Of a stretch of DNA of 64,000 nt, positions 25,135 to 35,573 are shown piece by piece. The stretch covers positions 38,756-102,755 of the forward strand of contig JADJQW010000004.1 in assembly GCA_016712535.1 (NCBI GenBank). The letters are read 5' to 3'. Position numbers and translations under genes: made by a program. Below the pieces are notes generated by a model that was not told the DNA's origin, did not search any database, and saw nothing but the letters and a program-made list of their open reading frames with translations. Numbering within the stretch: the stretch's first letter is position 1; each line of letters starts with the position of its first letter. The stretch comes from Flavobacteriales bacterium (GTDB lineage: Bacteria > Bacteroidota > Bacteroidia > Flavobacteriales_F > PHOS-HE28).

Positions 25135-28100
25135 ATGCGCACCCACTACCGCCACCTCCTCATCGCCGCGCTGCTCCTGCTTACCGCCGGCACGGCGCTG
25201 AGCCAGCGCCGCACCCTCTTTTGGGTGGGCGGCAGCGGCGCCTGGAGCGATGCCGCGCACTGGAGCCTGACCGAGCACGGACCGGGCGGCGCCGGGATTC
25301 CCGGGACAATTGATGATGCGGTGCTGCGGATGAAAGGCGAAGATGTGGTGAGGCTCGAAGGGAATGCGCGCTGCAACAACCTGCGCGTGGATGCGCGTGA
25401 AGGCTTCGCGCGCTTCACCGGTGCTCCCGGCAATGAGCTGCGCGTGCATGGCGACTTCGTGCTGAGCGGAAGCGTGCATTGGGCCTTCGATGGCACGGTG
25501 CGCTTGAGCGGTGATGGGGAAGGGAAGGTGATCGATGCGCGCGCGATCCCCCTGCGCGGCCAACTGCGCTTCGATGGCGGCGGTTCGTGGAGCATCGTGA
25601 GCGACCTGCACCTGACGGATGGCGATATCACCTGGAGGGCGGGAACCGTGCATGCAGCGGGCGCACTCGTGCGCGCGCGAACCCTTTGCAGCGAAGGGCG
25701 TGGCGCCAAACGCTTGATGGCCGGCCGCAGCGTGATCCAGCTGGCGCAAGCGCCGGAGCCCGGCGTGATCGATCGCGTGGTGGAGCAGCAACAGGCGGTG
25801 ATCACGGTGGGCAATGCGCCCATCAGCGCTGACCTCGCCATTCCGCCAGCGGGCAATGACCGCGATGTGGTGGTGTGCGCCACCGGTGGCGGGCAAACGC
25901 CCTTCGTGGCAACGACCTCCGCCACGACCAGCTACAATGGCTTCAACATCAGTTGCCGGGGCGAATGCGACGCGACCATCACCGTGAACGTGACCGGTGG
26001 CGTTGGCCCCTTCACCTATTCATGGCTCTTCGGCGGCCCGAACACGCAGACCTGGATCGGCGCTTGCGGCGGACCGCAGATCGTGGTGGTCACCGATGAA
26101 GGGCAGGGCGTGAGCTGCGGCGTGCCCATCAATGTCACCGAGCCGAACCCCTTGGGCGTGATCTTCTTCGGCGCAGGCTCACCGCCTGCCTGCGCTGACG
26201 TTTGCAACGGATCGCGCACCGCGCTGGCCATCGGCGGAGTAGCGCCGCACAGCTACAACTGGAACAACGGCGCGGGCACGGGCTCCTCGTTCAACCAGCT
26301 CTGCGCGGGCGTCAATACGCTGGTGATCACCGATGCCAACCTCTGCACCTTCGATACCACCTTCACCTTCGACCTGCAGCCGATCACGCCCAACCTGACG
26401 TTCACGGATGTGACATGCAACGGTGTGTGCGATGGCACGGCGAGCGTGAATCCTACCGGAGGCACGCCGGCGATCAGCGTCACCTGGGCGCCGCCGCCGG
26501 GTGCGGGTCAAGGCACCAACAACGCCACCGGGCTTTGCGCGGGTCCTTACAGCGTGCTCCTGGTCGACGCGAACGGCTGCGATACCACGATCAACTTCAT
26601 CATCAATGAGCCGCCGCCGATCGTGCCGAACCCGGCGCAGACCGATGCGAGCTGCTTCGGCATATGCGATGGAACCGCCACAGTGAATCCCAGTGGCGGC
26701 ATAGGGCCTTACTCCTACAGCTGGGTGCCGCCGCCCGGCGGGGGCCAAAGCACCAATGCCGCAACCGGTTTGTGCGAAGGCAGTTACACGGTGACCATCA
26801 CCGATCAGGCGACGAATTGCATCACGACCCAGGATTTCACCATCGCAGCGCCGCCTGCCATCGACGTGCAGGGAACCTTGACGCCAGCAAGCTGCTCCGA
26901 TGCCTGCGATGGCGAGATCAGCCTCATCATCTCCGGCGTGCTGCCGCCCTTCACCATCACCTGGTCGCCGAACGTCTCGGGCCAAGGAACACCGAATGCG
27001 ACAGCGCTCTGCCCCGGTGACTACAGCGTGACGGTAGCCACGCCGAACGGCTGCGACACCACGCTCACCTTCAATGTGCCTTCGCCGCCGCCGCTGAATG
27101 CGCAGCTCACGCCGGTCGATGCCAGCTGCGCAGGTGTCTGCGATGGCGAGGCTTCGGTGACCGTCTCCGGCGGAACGGCGGGCTACACCTACTTGTGGGC
27201 GCCGAACGTGACCGGCCAGGGCACTCCGAACGTTACCGGGCTCTGCGCGGGCAGCTACACCTTGCTCGTATCCGATGCGAATGGCTGCGATACGCTGATC
27301 GCCTTCACCATCAACGAGCCGCCGCCGATCGTGGTGGTGCCCACGCAGACCGATGTGACCTGCGGCAGCTCATGCGATGGCACCGCTAGCGTGGCGGTGA
27401 GCGGAGGCGCGCCGGGGTATACCTATCTGTGGACGCCGAACGTGACCGGCCAGGGCACCCCGAACGCCACGGATCTCTGTGCAGGTCCGTACTCTGTGCT
27501 GATCACCGATGCGAACGGATGCACCATCACGCAGGCCTTCACCATACTGGATGCCGTGCCATTGGAAGTCTCGCTCCAAGTGCTGCCTGCGAGCTGTCCG
27601 GACGCGTGCGATGGATCGGCGGGCGTAATCGTGACGGGTGGAGTTGGACCGTACACCTACGACTGGCAGCCGCCGCCCACCGGCCAGGGCACGCCGAACG
27701 TGACGGGCCTTTGCGCGCAGGCCTACACCTTGCTCATCACCGATGCCGTCGGTTGTGATACGCTCATCGCCTTCACGGTTCCCGCTCCTCCGCCGATCTC
27801 GGTGACGAGCACTGTAACCGATCCGAGCTGCTCCGGCGATTGCAATGGCAGCATCAGCGTGCAGGCCAGCGGCGGTAATGGCGCATTCACCTATGCATGG
27901 GCGCCGAACGTGACCGGCCAAGGCACGCCGGATGCGACGGCCTTGTGCGCCGGTGATTATCAAGTCACCATCACCAGCGGCGGTTGCGACACCACGCTCA
28001 CCTTCACCCTTACCGACCCGCCGCAGATCGATGCCGTGCTTTCCACTACGGATGCAAGCTGCGCCGGGGAATGCGATGGCACAGCATCCGTGACCGTGAG

Positions 28101-31100
28101 CGGTGGCAATACGCCCTACAGCTTCGTGTGGGCTCCGAATGTGATCGGCCAGGGCACCCCAGACGCCATCGACCTCTGTCCAGGCAACTACACCGTGCTG
28201 GTCTCGGATGCGCTCGGGTGCGACACGCTCATCGCCTTCACCATCATTGAGCCGCCGCCGTTGGCAGTTGATCTTGTGACCACCCCTGCGAGCTGCGGCG
28301 GCGCATGCGATGGCACGGCCACCGCGAGCGTCAGCGGTGGAGCAGGGCCGTACCAATACGATTGGCAGGCGCCTCCCGGCGCAGGCCAAGGCACGCCCAA
28401 CGCCACGGATTACTGCCCCGGCGCCTACACGCTCACCGTGACCGATGCGAATGGCTGCACGTTGGTCACGCCCTTCGCGATCAGCACGCCATCGGGCATC
28501 GATGCGCAGTTCAGCACCACGCCCACCAGTTGCGGCAATGACTGCGATGGCACTGCAACCGTGAACGCAACAGGCGGGATTGAGCCCTACACCTGGCTTT
28601 GGGACCCTGTGCCCGGCGGCGGGCAGGGCACACCGAACGTGACTGGGCTTTGCCAAGGCATCTACACGCTTCAGATCACGGATGCCGCGCAGTGCGACAC
28701 GGTGCTCTTCATCAACATCACCGGCCCAACGCCGATCGAGCCCAACGCCTCGCAGACCGATGAAGACTGCAACGGGCCTTGCAACGGCACCGCCACGGTG
28801 AACCCCATAGGCGGTTCGGGGACCTACACCTTCGTTTGGAGCCCGCCCCCGCCTGCAGGTCAGAGCACCAATAGTGTGTCGCAGCTCTGCCCCGGCATCT
28901 GGAGCGTGACCATCGACGATGGCATTGGATGCGACACCACGGTTGTCTTCGACATCCTGCCCAAGGTGCCGATCGACAACAACGTGGCATGGTCAGATGC
29001 GACATGCCCGAACGCCTGCGATGGGACCGCGCAGGTTTTCCCCACTGGTGGAATCCCGCCTTACTCCTATGTCTGGTCGCCGAACCCGCCCGTTGGACAA
29101 GGCACTGAAGCGGTATCAGGCCTGTGCCTAGGCCTATGGAGCGTCACCGTGATCGACGCCGTGGGCTGCGAGGCCTCAACACCCTTCTTCGTAGGTGCGC
29201 CACCGCCGTTCAGTGCTGGCCTGGTGGTGCTGCCGGAGAGCTGCGCTGGGGCTTGCACGGGATCCGCCACGGTAACACCAACGGGTGGCTCAGGTTCGAT
29301 CAGCATCTCTTGGTCACCGCCGCCAGGCGGCGGACAAGGCACAACCACGGCCACGGGCCTCTGCGCGGGCATCACGTATTCGGTAACGCTCATCGATTCC
29401 ATCGGGTGCGACAGCACTTTCACCTTCACGGTGGATCCCTTCGCACCGATTGAACCGAACAGCAGCAGCACGCCGGTGAGTTGCGCTGGCGCGTGCGATG
29501 GCACTGCTACAGTGGGACCGACCGGCGGCACCGCGCCTTACACCTACATGTGGATGCCGGGCATGCAGGACACGCCGCAGGTCACCGACCTCTGCGAAGG
29601 CGTGTACACGGTGACGATCACCGATGCGAACAACTGCAGCACCGATGCGCAAGTGATCATCACCGGTCCACCAGCGATCGATGCAAACGCCACGGTGACG
29701 CCGATCTCCTGCAACGGGCAATGCGATGCTTCCATCGTGCTGAACACTGCGGGCGGAACCGGCAATTACACGTACACCTGGGCGCCCATCCCTCCGAACG
29801 GGCAAGGACAATCGAGTGCGACGAACCTCTGCTCTGGAACTTGGGACGTGGTGATCACTGACGACAGTGGCTGCAGCGTGCCATTCTCCTTCGACCTGAC
29901 GGAGCCAGACGCGCTCACCTTGAGCGTGGCGTCGACAACGAGCGAGTGCCAGGTCTGCATCGGCACCGCCACGGCAACGGTTGGGGGCGGCACTGACCCG
30001 CTCTCTGTTGAATGGTACAGCGCTGGCGGCAGCCTGGTTGGCGCCGGAACGAGCATCACCGATTTGTGCGCCGGTGTGTACACGGTGGTGGTCACCGACG
30101 CGAACGGATGCACGCTTCAGCAAGCGGTCCCGATCACCGACTCGGCGGGTGAGGACATCACAGCGAACGACGGCAGCACGAGCTGTCCGAACACCTGCGA
30201 TGGCGGCGTGAGCGTGGACTTCGTATGCGCTGATGCACCCTGCGCGATCGCCTGGTTCGACGCACAAGGCAATGATCTCAACCAGAATGGCAATTCACTC
30301 TCGAACCTCTGCCCCGGCGATTACCTCGTGCAAGTCACGAATGCGTCGGGCTGCGTGAGCGTCGATACGGCAACCGTGGTAGCGCCTGCGCCCACTGAGC
30401 TGCTTATCAGCAGCACGCCGGTGAGCTGCGCGGGCGATTGCGATGGCACGGCGACTGTAGGGGTGAACGGCGGCACGCCCCCCTTCACATGGACCTGGTC
30501 CCCCGAACCGGGAGGTGGCCAGGGCACTCCGTTGGCCACGGGCCTTTGCGCTGGCGTGTATACCGTGCTCATCATCGACGACGGCGGCTGCGACACCACT
30601 GCGCAGGTGCTGATCACCGAGCCGTTGCCGATTGCCATTGATGCGGTTGTAACCGGCATCACGTGCGCTGGTGATTGCAATGGCAGCATCGCGCTCACGA
30701 TCACCGGTGGAACGCAAGCCTACACCGTGGTGTGGAATCCTGTTCCTCCCAACGGACAGGGCGTGCTCACGGCCACGGATCTCTGCGCGGGGCAATACAC
30801 GGCGACGGTGACGGACGCCAATGGCTGCACTTCCATTGCGAGCTACGACGTGATCGAGCCGCAGCCTTTGCTGGTCAGCGTGAGCACCACGCCCAGCACT
30901 TGTCCGGATTGCGATGGACAGGCCACAGCAACCATCACTGGCGGCACCGCGCCGTATGCCGTGAACTGGTTCCTCGGTGGCGCGCTTGTCGGCACCGGTG
31001 AGAGCATCAGCAATCTCTGCGGTGGACTTTACACGGTGGAGGTGACGGATGACAATGGCTGCGCGGTCTCGCAGGTCGTGCAGGTGAGCGACAGTAACGC

Positions 31101-34100
31101 CGAGGCGCTCACGCCAGTGAACGGCCAGACCACATGCGGCAACAGCTGTGACGGTTCGGTGAGCGTGAGCTTCGTGTGCACCACACCACCGTGCAACCTG
31201 GTCTGGTTCGATGCGGGCGGCAATGTGATCGCGGTGAATGAAGGCATGGTGGACAGCCTTTGCGTGGGCGTCTACACAGCGCAAGTGACCAACGGAAGCG
31301 GCTGCGTGAGCTTCACCGACGCCGAGGTGGTGCCCTCACAGACGATTGTCCCGAACCTGAGCAGCACGCCGGTGAGCTGCGCTGGCGCCTGCGATGGAAC
31401 GGCAACAGTTGGCCCAACAGGCGGCATCGAGCCCTACACCTTCATCTGGTCGCCGGGCGGTCAATCGACGCCGCAGGTCACCGGCTTATGCGCTGGCGTG
31501 TACGAAGTGCTCATCGCCGATTCCACGGGTTGCGATACCACGGTTCAGGTGCTCATCACCGAGCCGCAGCCGCTCGATGCGACCGCCACGGTTGAGGATG
31601 CGCTCTGCACTGGTGATTGCAATGGATCGATCAGCGTGATCGTCACCGGCGGCACTCAGCCATACATCTATGCCTGGTCGCCCAACGCGAACGGGCAAGG
31701 CACGCCAACGATCACCGATCTGTGCCCAGGCACTTACACGCTCACGGTCACGGATGCGAATGGGTGCAGCCTCACGCTGGACTACACGGTGAATGAGCCA
31801 CAGCCCCTTCAAGCCACTGTGAGCACGACACTCAGCGAATGCGGGCTGTGCAACGGAACCGCCTCAGTGGCCATCACCGGTGGAACCCCGCTCTACTTCA
31901 TCACCTGGATGAGCGGCGCCTCGATCATCGGGACAGGAGACACGATCACCGATTTGTGCGCGGGGTTCTATGACGCCATCATCACGGATGCCAACGGATG
32001 CAGCATCACGGAGCTCGTTGCGATCAGCGATGCCGATGGCGAGCAGCTCACCATGACCGATGGCATCACCAGCTGCCCCGGTGATTGCGACGGCGTGGTG
32101 AGCGTGGATTACGCCTGCTCGCAGCCCCCATGCACCACCGCGTGGTTCGATGCGGATGGAAACGACCTGAATGAGCCGGGGAACACGCTCAGCAACCTGT
32201 GCGCGGGCCTCTACCTCGTGCAGGTCACCAACGGCATCGGCTGCATCACCATCGACACGGCCTTCGTCACGGAGCCGGATCCGATCGTTGCCAACCTGAG
32301 TACCACGCCAGCCATCTGCGCAGGCTTCTGTGATGGCACCGCAACCGTTGGCCCCAGCGGCGGACAAGGACCGTACGAGATACTCTGGCAACCGAGCGGT
32401 GAGATCACGCCGACCATCACGGGTCTCTGCGCCGGACAGATCAGCGTCACCATCACCGATGCCGCAGGTTGCTCCATCACGCAGGATGTGCTGATCCTGG
32501 AGCCGCAGCCACTCAGCCTCACGGACACGATCACGCCCATCACCTGCAACGGCGCCTGCGATGGCAGCATTACCGTGGTGGCCACGGGCGGCATACAACC
32601 ATACGCGTATCTCTGGTCACCGACGCCTCCAGGCGATCCAACGCAGCCGGGCATCACTGGCCTCTGCGCGGGCGATTGGACCGTGACCGTGACCGACGCC
32701 AACGGCTGCACGCTGTCGGAGACCTTCACGTTAGTTGATCCGCCGGTGCTCGATGCGCAGGTGATCACCACGGACAACCTGTGCTTCGGCGATTGCGAGG
32801 GAACAGCCGGCGCGACGATCAATGGAGGCGTGGCGCCTTATGCGATCGCGTGGGCAGATGCGAGCGGCAACATCATCGCTTCGGATACGCTCGACGTGAG
32901 CAGCCTCTGCGCAGGTGACTACACGCTGACTGTCGCCGATGCGAACGGCTGCGTGCTCAGCGTGCCCTTCACCATCACGCAAGGCGATGCGATCGAGGCC
33001 AACTTGCTGTGGACGAACGAGACCTGCTTCGGCCCCTGCGACGGCACGGCATCGATCACGCCCAGTGGCGGGGCTGAGCCATACGCCATCGATTGGCGCG
33101 ATCCCGATGGCAACCTCATCGCGCAGGATGTGACCGATGTGAGCGGGCTCTGCGCCGGAACGAATACCGTGACCATCACGGATGCGCTTGGCTGCGACAC
33201 CACCTACGCTTTCACCGTGCTGCCCTATACCACGATCACTGACAATGCCACGGTGACCAATGTGCAATGCAACGGCGATTGCGACGGCAGCATCGTGCTG
33301 AACGCGAACGGCGGCATCGGAGCTTACACCTACACCTGGGACCCGGTTCCGCCGAACGGCCAGGGCTCGGCATCGGCCACCGCGCTCTGCCCCGGCACCT
33401 ACACCGTGACGATCACGGACGGCGCAGGCTGCAGCCAGGCGTTCAGTTACGCCATCACCGAACCGCCGGTACTCAATGTCGCCGTGGATCAGGTGGTGGA
33501 TGCGAGCTGCGCCACCGCGAGTGATGGCGCAATCACCGTGACTGCCAGCGGAGGAACGCCGGGCTACACGTTCAGCTGGAGCGGTCCAGGCGGGTTCAAT
33601 TCCAGCGATGAGGACATCAGCAATCTGGCTCCGGGCAGCTACACGCTCACCTTGACGGATGACAATGGCTGCGCATTCACCATCACGGTGGACGTCGGTG
33701 CGCTCGCAACAGTGATTGCTGATGCCGGTCCGGACCAAACGGAATGCTCGGGCGTGGGCGTAACGCTCGATGGAACGAACAGCACCGGTGCAGTGACCTA
33801 CGCCTGGTTCGATGACCAAGGCGAACTGATCAGCGGATCGCCGGTGCTAGACCTCGGCGGCCTCGCGCCGGGCACATACACCTTCACGCTCACCGTGAGC
33901 GATGGTCCTTGCTCAGACAGCGATCAGGTCACGGTCACCATCCTCGACCTGCCCATTGCAGATGCGGGTCCTGACCAAGTGATCTTCCTCAGCGAAACCG
34001 CTCAGCTGGGCGGCGCGCCCACAGGCCCTGCTGGATCGACCTTCAACTGGCAGCCCGATTCCCTGCTGAACAACGGCAGCACCGCCGACCCGATCGCTGA

Positions 34101-34458
34101 TACGCAGGAGACCACCTGGTTCACCGTGCTGGTCACCGCTCCCAATGGTTGCGTCGCCCTCGACTCTGTTCTGGTCACAGTGGTGCCCGAAGTGGTGATC
34201 ACCAACGGCTTCACGCCGAACGGCGATGGCTGGAACGACGCCTGGGTGATCGATTACATCAACCTCTTCCCGGAGTGCGAGGTGGAGATCTACAACCGCT
34301 GGGGCGACATGCTCTTCCGCAGCGTAGGCTACAAGACGCCGTGGGATGGCCGCTATTCGGGCGGTTTCGTTCCGGTCGGCACCTACTACTACGTGATCAA
34401 GCTCAACGACCCGCGCTTCCCTGAGCCCTATACCGGTCCGCTCACCGTGATCCGCTGA
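25135..34458 (+). CDS. Giant (3107 aa) SprB-repeat cell-surface protein with T9SS type B C-terminal sorting domain
   Basis: Signal peptide HLLIAALLLLTAGTALSQ. Roughly thirty modules of about 78 aa (hand count) of the form C-x-G-x-CDG-x-A-x-V-x-x-x-GG-x-x-PY-x-Y-x-W ... GLC-x-G-x-Y-x-V-x-x-x-D-x-x-GC. C-terminus GFTPNGDGWNDAWVIDYINLFPECEVEIYNRWGDMLF ... GTYYYVIKL ... YTGPLTVIR. Confidence 0.9.
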   Translation: MRTHYRHLLIAALLLLTAGTALSQRRTLFWVGGSGAWSDAAHWSLTEHGPGGAGIPGTIDDAVLRMKGEDVVRLEGNARCNNLRVDAREGFARFTGAPGNELRVHGDFVLSGSVHWAFDGTVRLSGDGEGKVIDARAIPLRGQLRFDGGGSWSIVSDLHLTDGDITWRAGTVHAAGALVRARTLCSEGRGAKRLMAGRSVIQLAQAPEPGVIDRVVEQQQAVITVGNAPISADLAIPPAGNDRDVVVCATGGGQTPFVATTSATTSYNGFNISCRGECDATITVNVTGGVGPFTYSWLFGGPNTQTWIGACGGPQIVVVTDEGQGVSCGVPINVTEPNPLGVIFFGAGSPPACADVCNGSRTALAIGGVAPHSYNWNNGAGTGSSFNQLCAGVNTLVITDANLCTFDTTFTFDLQPITPNLTFTDVTCNGVCDGTASVNPTGGTPAISVTWAPPPGAGQGTNNATGLCAGPYSVLLVDANGCDTTINFIINEPPPIVPNPAQTDASCFGICDGTATVNPSGGIGPYSYSWVPPPGGGQSTNAATGLCEGSYTVTITDQATNCITTQDFTIAAPPAIDVQGTLTPASCSDACDGEISLIISGVLPPFTITWSPNVSGQGTPNATALCPGDYSVTVATPNGCDTTLTFNVPSPPPLNAQLTPVDASCAGVCDGEASVTVSGGTAGYTYLWAPNVTGQGTPNVTGLCAGSYTLLVSDANGCDTLIAFTINEPPPIVVVPTQTDVTCGSSCDGTASVAVSGGAPGYTYLWTPNVTGQGTPNATDLCAGPYSVLITDANGCTITQAFTILDAVPLEVSLQVLPASCPDACDGSAGVIVTGGVGPYTYDWQPPPTGQGTPNVTGLCAQAYTLLITDAVGCDTLIAFTVPAPPPISVTSTVTDPSCSGDCNGSISVQASGGNGAFTYAWAPNVTGQGTPDATALCAGDYQVTITSGGCDTTLTFTLTDPPQIDAVLSTTDASCAGECDGTASVTVSGGNTPYSFVWAPNVIGQGTPDAIDLCPGNYTVLVSDALGCDTLIAFTIIEPPPLAVDLVTTPASCGGACDGTATASVSGGAGPYQYDWQAPPGAGQGTPNATDYCPGAYTLTVTDANGCTLVTPFAISTPSGIDAQFSTTPTSCGNDCDGTATVNATGGIEPYTWLWDPVPGGGQGTPNVTGLCQGIYTLQITDAAQCDTVLFINITGPTPIEPNASQTDEDCNGPCNGTATVNPIGGSGTYTFVWSPPPPAGQSTNSVSQLCPGIWSVTIDDGIGCDTTVVFDILPKVPIDNNVAWSDATCPNACDGTAQVFPTGGIPPYSYVWSPNPPVGQGTEAVSGLCLGLWSVTVIDAVGCEASTPFFVGAPPPFSAGLVVLPESCAGACTGSATVTPTGGSGSISISWSPPPGGGQGTTTATGLCAGITYSVTLIDSIGCDSTFTFTVDPFAPIEPNSSSTPVSCAGACDGTATVGPTGGTAPYTYMWMPGMQDTPQVTDLCEGVYTVTITDANNCSTDAQVIITGPPAIDANATVTPISCNGQCDASIVLNTAGGTGNYTYTWAPIPPNGQGQSSATNLCSGTWDVVITDDSGCSVPFSFDLTEPDALTLSVASTTSECQVCIGTATATVGGGTDPLSVEWYSAGGSLVGAGTSITDLCAGVYTVVVTDANGCTLQQAVPITDSAGEDITANDGSTSCPNTCDGGVSVDFVCADAPCAIAWFDAQGNDLNQNGNSLSNLCPGDYLVQVTNASGCVSVDTATVVAPAPTELLISSTPVSCAGDCDGTATVGVNGGTPPFTWTWSPEPGGGQGTPLATGLCAGVYTVLIIDDGGCDTTAQVLITEPLPIAIDAVVTGITCAGDCNGSIALTITGGTQAYTVVWNPVPPNGQGVLTATDLCAGQYTATVTDANGCTSIASYDVIEPQPLLVSVSTTPSTCPDCDGQATATITGGTAPYAVNWFLGGALVGTGESISNLCGGLYTVEVTDDNGCAVSQVVQVSDSNAEALTPVNGQTTCGNSCDGSVSVSFVCTTPPCNLVWFDAGGNVIAVNEGMVDSLCVGVYTAQVTNGSGCVSFTDAEVVPSQTIVPNLSSTPVSCAGACDGTATVGPTGGIEPYTFIWSPGGQSTPQVTGLCAGVYEVLIADSTGCDTTVQVLITEPQPLDATATVEDALCTGDCNGSISVIVTGGTQPYIYAWSPNANGQGTPTITDLCPGTYTLTVTDANGCSLTLDYTVNEPQPLQATVSTTLSECGLCNGTASVAITGGTPLYFITWMSGASIIGTGDTITDLCAGFYDAIITDANGCSITELVAISDADGEQLTMTDGITSCPGDCDGVVSVDYACSQPPCTTAWFDADGNDLNEPGNTLSNLCAGLYLVQVTNGIGCITIDTAFVTEPDPIVANLSTTPAICAGFCDGTATVGPSGGQGPYEILWQPSGEITPTITGLCAGQISVTITDAAGCSITQDVLILEPQPLSLTDTITPITCNGACDGSITVVATGGIQPYAYLWSPTPPGDPTQPGITGLCAGDWTVTVTDANGCTLSETFTLVDPPVLDAQVITTDNLCFGDCEGTAGATINGGVAPYAIAWADASGNIIASDTLDVSSLCAGDYTLTVADANGCVLSVPFTITQGDAIEANLLWTNETCFGPCDGTASITPSGGAEPYAIDWRDPDGNLIAQDVTDVSGLCAGTNTVTITDALGCDTTYAFTVLPYTTITDNATVTNVQCNGDCDGSIVLNANGGIGAYTYTWDPVPPNGQGSASATALCPGTYTVTITDGAGCSQAFSYAITEPPVLNVAVDQVVDASCATASDGAITVTASGGTPGYTFSWSGPGGFNSSDEDISNLAPGSYTLTLTDDNGCAFTITVDVGALATVIADAGPDQTECSGVGVTLDGTNSTGAVTYAWFDDQGELISGSPVLDLGGLAPGTYTFTLTVSDGPCSDSDQVTVTILDLPIADAGPDQVIFLSETAQLGGAPTGPAGSTFNWQPDSLLNNGSTADPIADTQETTWFTVLVTAPNGCVALDSVLVTVVPEVVITNGFTPNGDGWNDAWVIDYINLFPECEVEIYNRWGDMLFRSVGYKTPWDGRYSGGFVPVGTYYYVIKLNDPRFPEPYTGPLTVIR
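29461..32300 (+). repeat. Higher-order tandem repeat inside the 3107-aa gene: a four-module super-unit of about 945 bp repeated three times
   Basis: Super-units start at about 29461, 30408 and 31362, and a fourth begins at about 32297. Each opens with SSTPVSCAG-x-CDGTATVG. Modules a-b-c-d recur in the same order, for example module d FVC-x-x-x-PC-x-x-x-WFDA-x-GN. The copies are diverged at DNA level. Confidence 0.6.
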
Positions 34459-34462
34459 CGCC

Positions 34463-35380
34463 ATGAAGAACCTCCGCCTCCTGATTCCGATCGCCGCGGT
34501 GCTCATGGCCGCGATGCCCATGCATGCGCAGCAGCTGCCGCAGCTCACGCAGTACATGCACAACGACTACATATTCAATCAGGCCGTGGCCGGAAGCCGC
34601 GCGGCCTTCGAGCTGCGCAGCGGCCACCGTTACCAGTGGGTGGGCGTGCAGGATGCGCCGCGCACCTTCACCCTGAGCGGGCACTCTGCCATCGGCAAGC
34701 GCATGGGGGTGGGCGGCTACCTCTACACCGATCATGTGGGCCCCACGCGGCGCACGGGGTTCCAGCTCAGTTATGCTTACCATCTCCCCATCACGGAGGA
34801 CCTCAAGCTCGGCTTCGGCCTTGGCTTCGGCATGCTGCAATTCCTGATCGATGGCAGCAAGATCACCTTCCACGACCAAGGCGATCCGATCCTCGATGAT
34901 CAGTTGCGCGGCGAAGTGAAACCCGACGCCACCTTTTCCTTCCTCCTGCACCACGAGCGCTTCTGGTTGGGCGCTGCTGCTCCGCAATTGCTCAACAACG
35001 AGGTGGTTTTCCTTCACGAGAACACCGGTACGCTCAGCCGCATGGAACGGCACTACTATGCCATGGGGGGGTATCGGCTGCCAGTTGGAGAGGACCTCCG
35101 GATTGAGCCGAGCTTCATGCTGAAGTACGTTTCGCCGGTGCCCATGAAGCTCGATGTGAACCTTACCGCCCGCTACAAGGAGGCCGTTTGGATAGGAGCC
35201 GGATACCGCACCAACGATGCTTGGTGCGCGATGATCGGCTACTGGCACAAGAAGCAATTCCAGTTCGGCTACAGCTACGATGTGATCACCAGCAACCTGC
35301 GCAACTACAGCACGGGCACGCACGAGGTGACCCTAGCGGTGACCATCCGGAAGCAAGCAGCAGCCCTGCATGCAGAGTAA
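34463..35380 (+). CDS. PorP/SprF-family T9SS outer-membrane protein
   Basis: Starts 4 nt after the giant gene stop. Signature QQLPQLTQYMHNDYIFNQAVAGS, with a C-terminal STGTHEVTLA. Confidence 0.9.
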   Translation: MKNLRLLIPIAAVLMAAMPMHAQQLPQLTQYMHNDYIFNQAVAGSRAAFELRSGHRYQWVGVQDAPRTFTLSGHSAIGKRMGVGGYLYTDHVGPTRRTGFQLSYAYHLPITEDLKLGFGLGFGMLQFLIDGSKITFHDQGDPILDDQLRGEVKPDATFSFLLHHERFWLGAAAPQLLNNEVVFLHENTGTLSRMERHYYAMGGYRLPVGEDLRIEPSFMLKYVSPVPMKLDVNLTARYKEAVWIGAGYRTNDAWCAMIGYWHKKQFQFGYSYDVITSNLRNYSTGTHEVTLAVTIRKQAAALHAE

Positions 35381-35573
35381 CCGGAAGCACTCGGCGGCGT
35401 CTAGACGCGAGCGAGTACCAGATCGATTCGTCGATAGCCTGCGCCCCATGGTCGATATGCCTTAGAGCGACGCGCCTTTGCTTGACCCTGTCGGGCTATA
35501 CTGCCGTACTTTGCGGCCCCTTTTCGCGAAACGGCTGGGCACTCCTTTGGGCACCTCTATCTTCCTATCCGGC

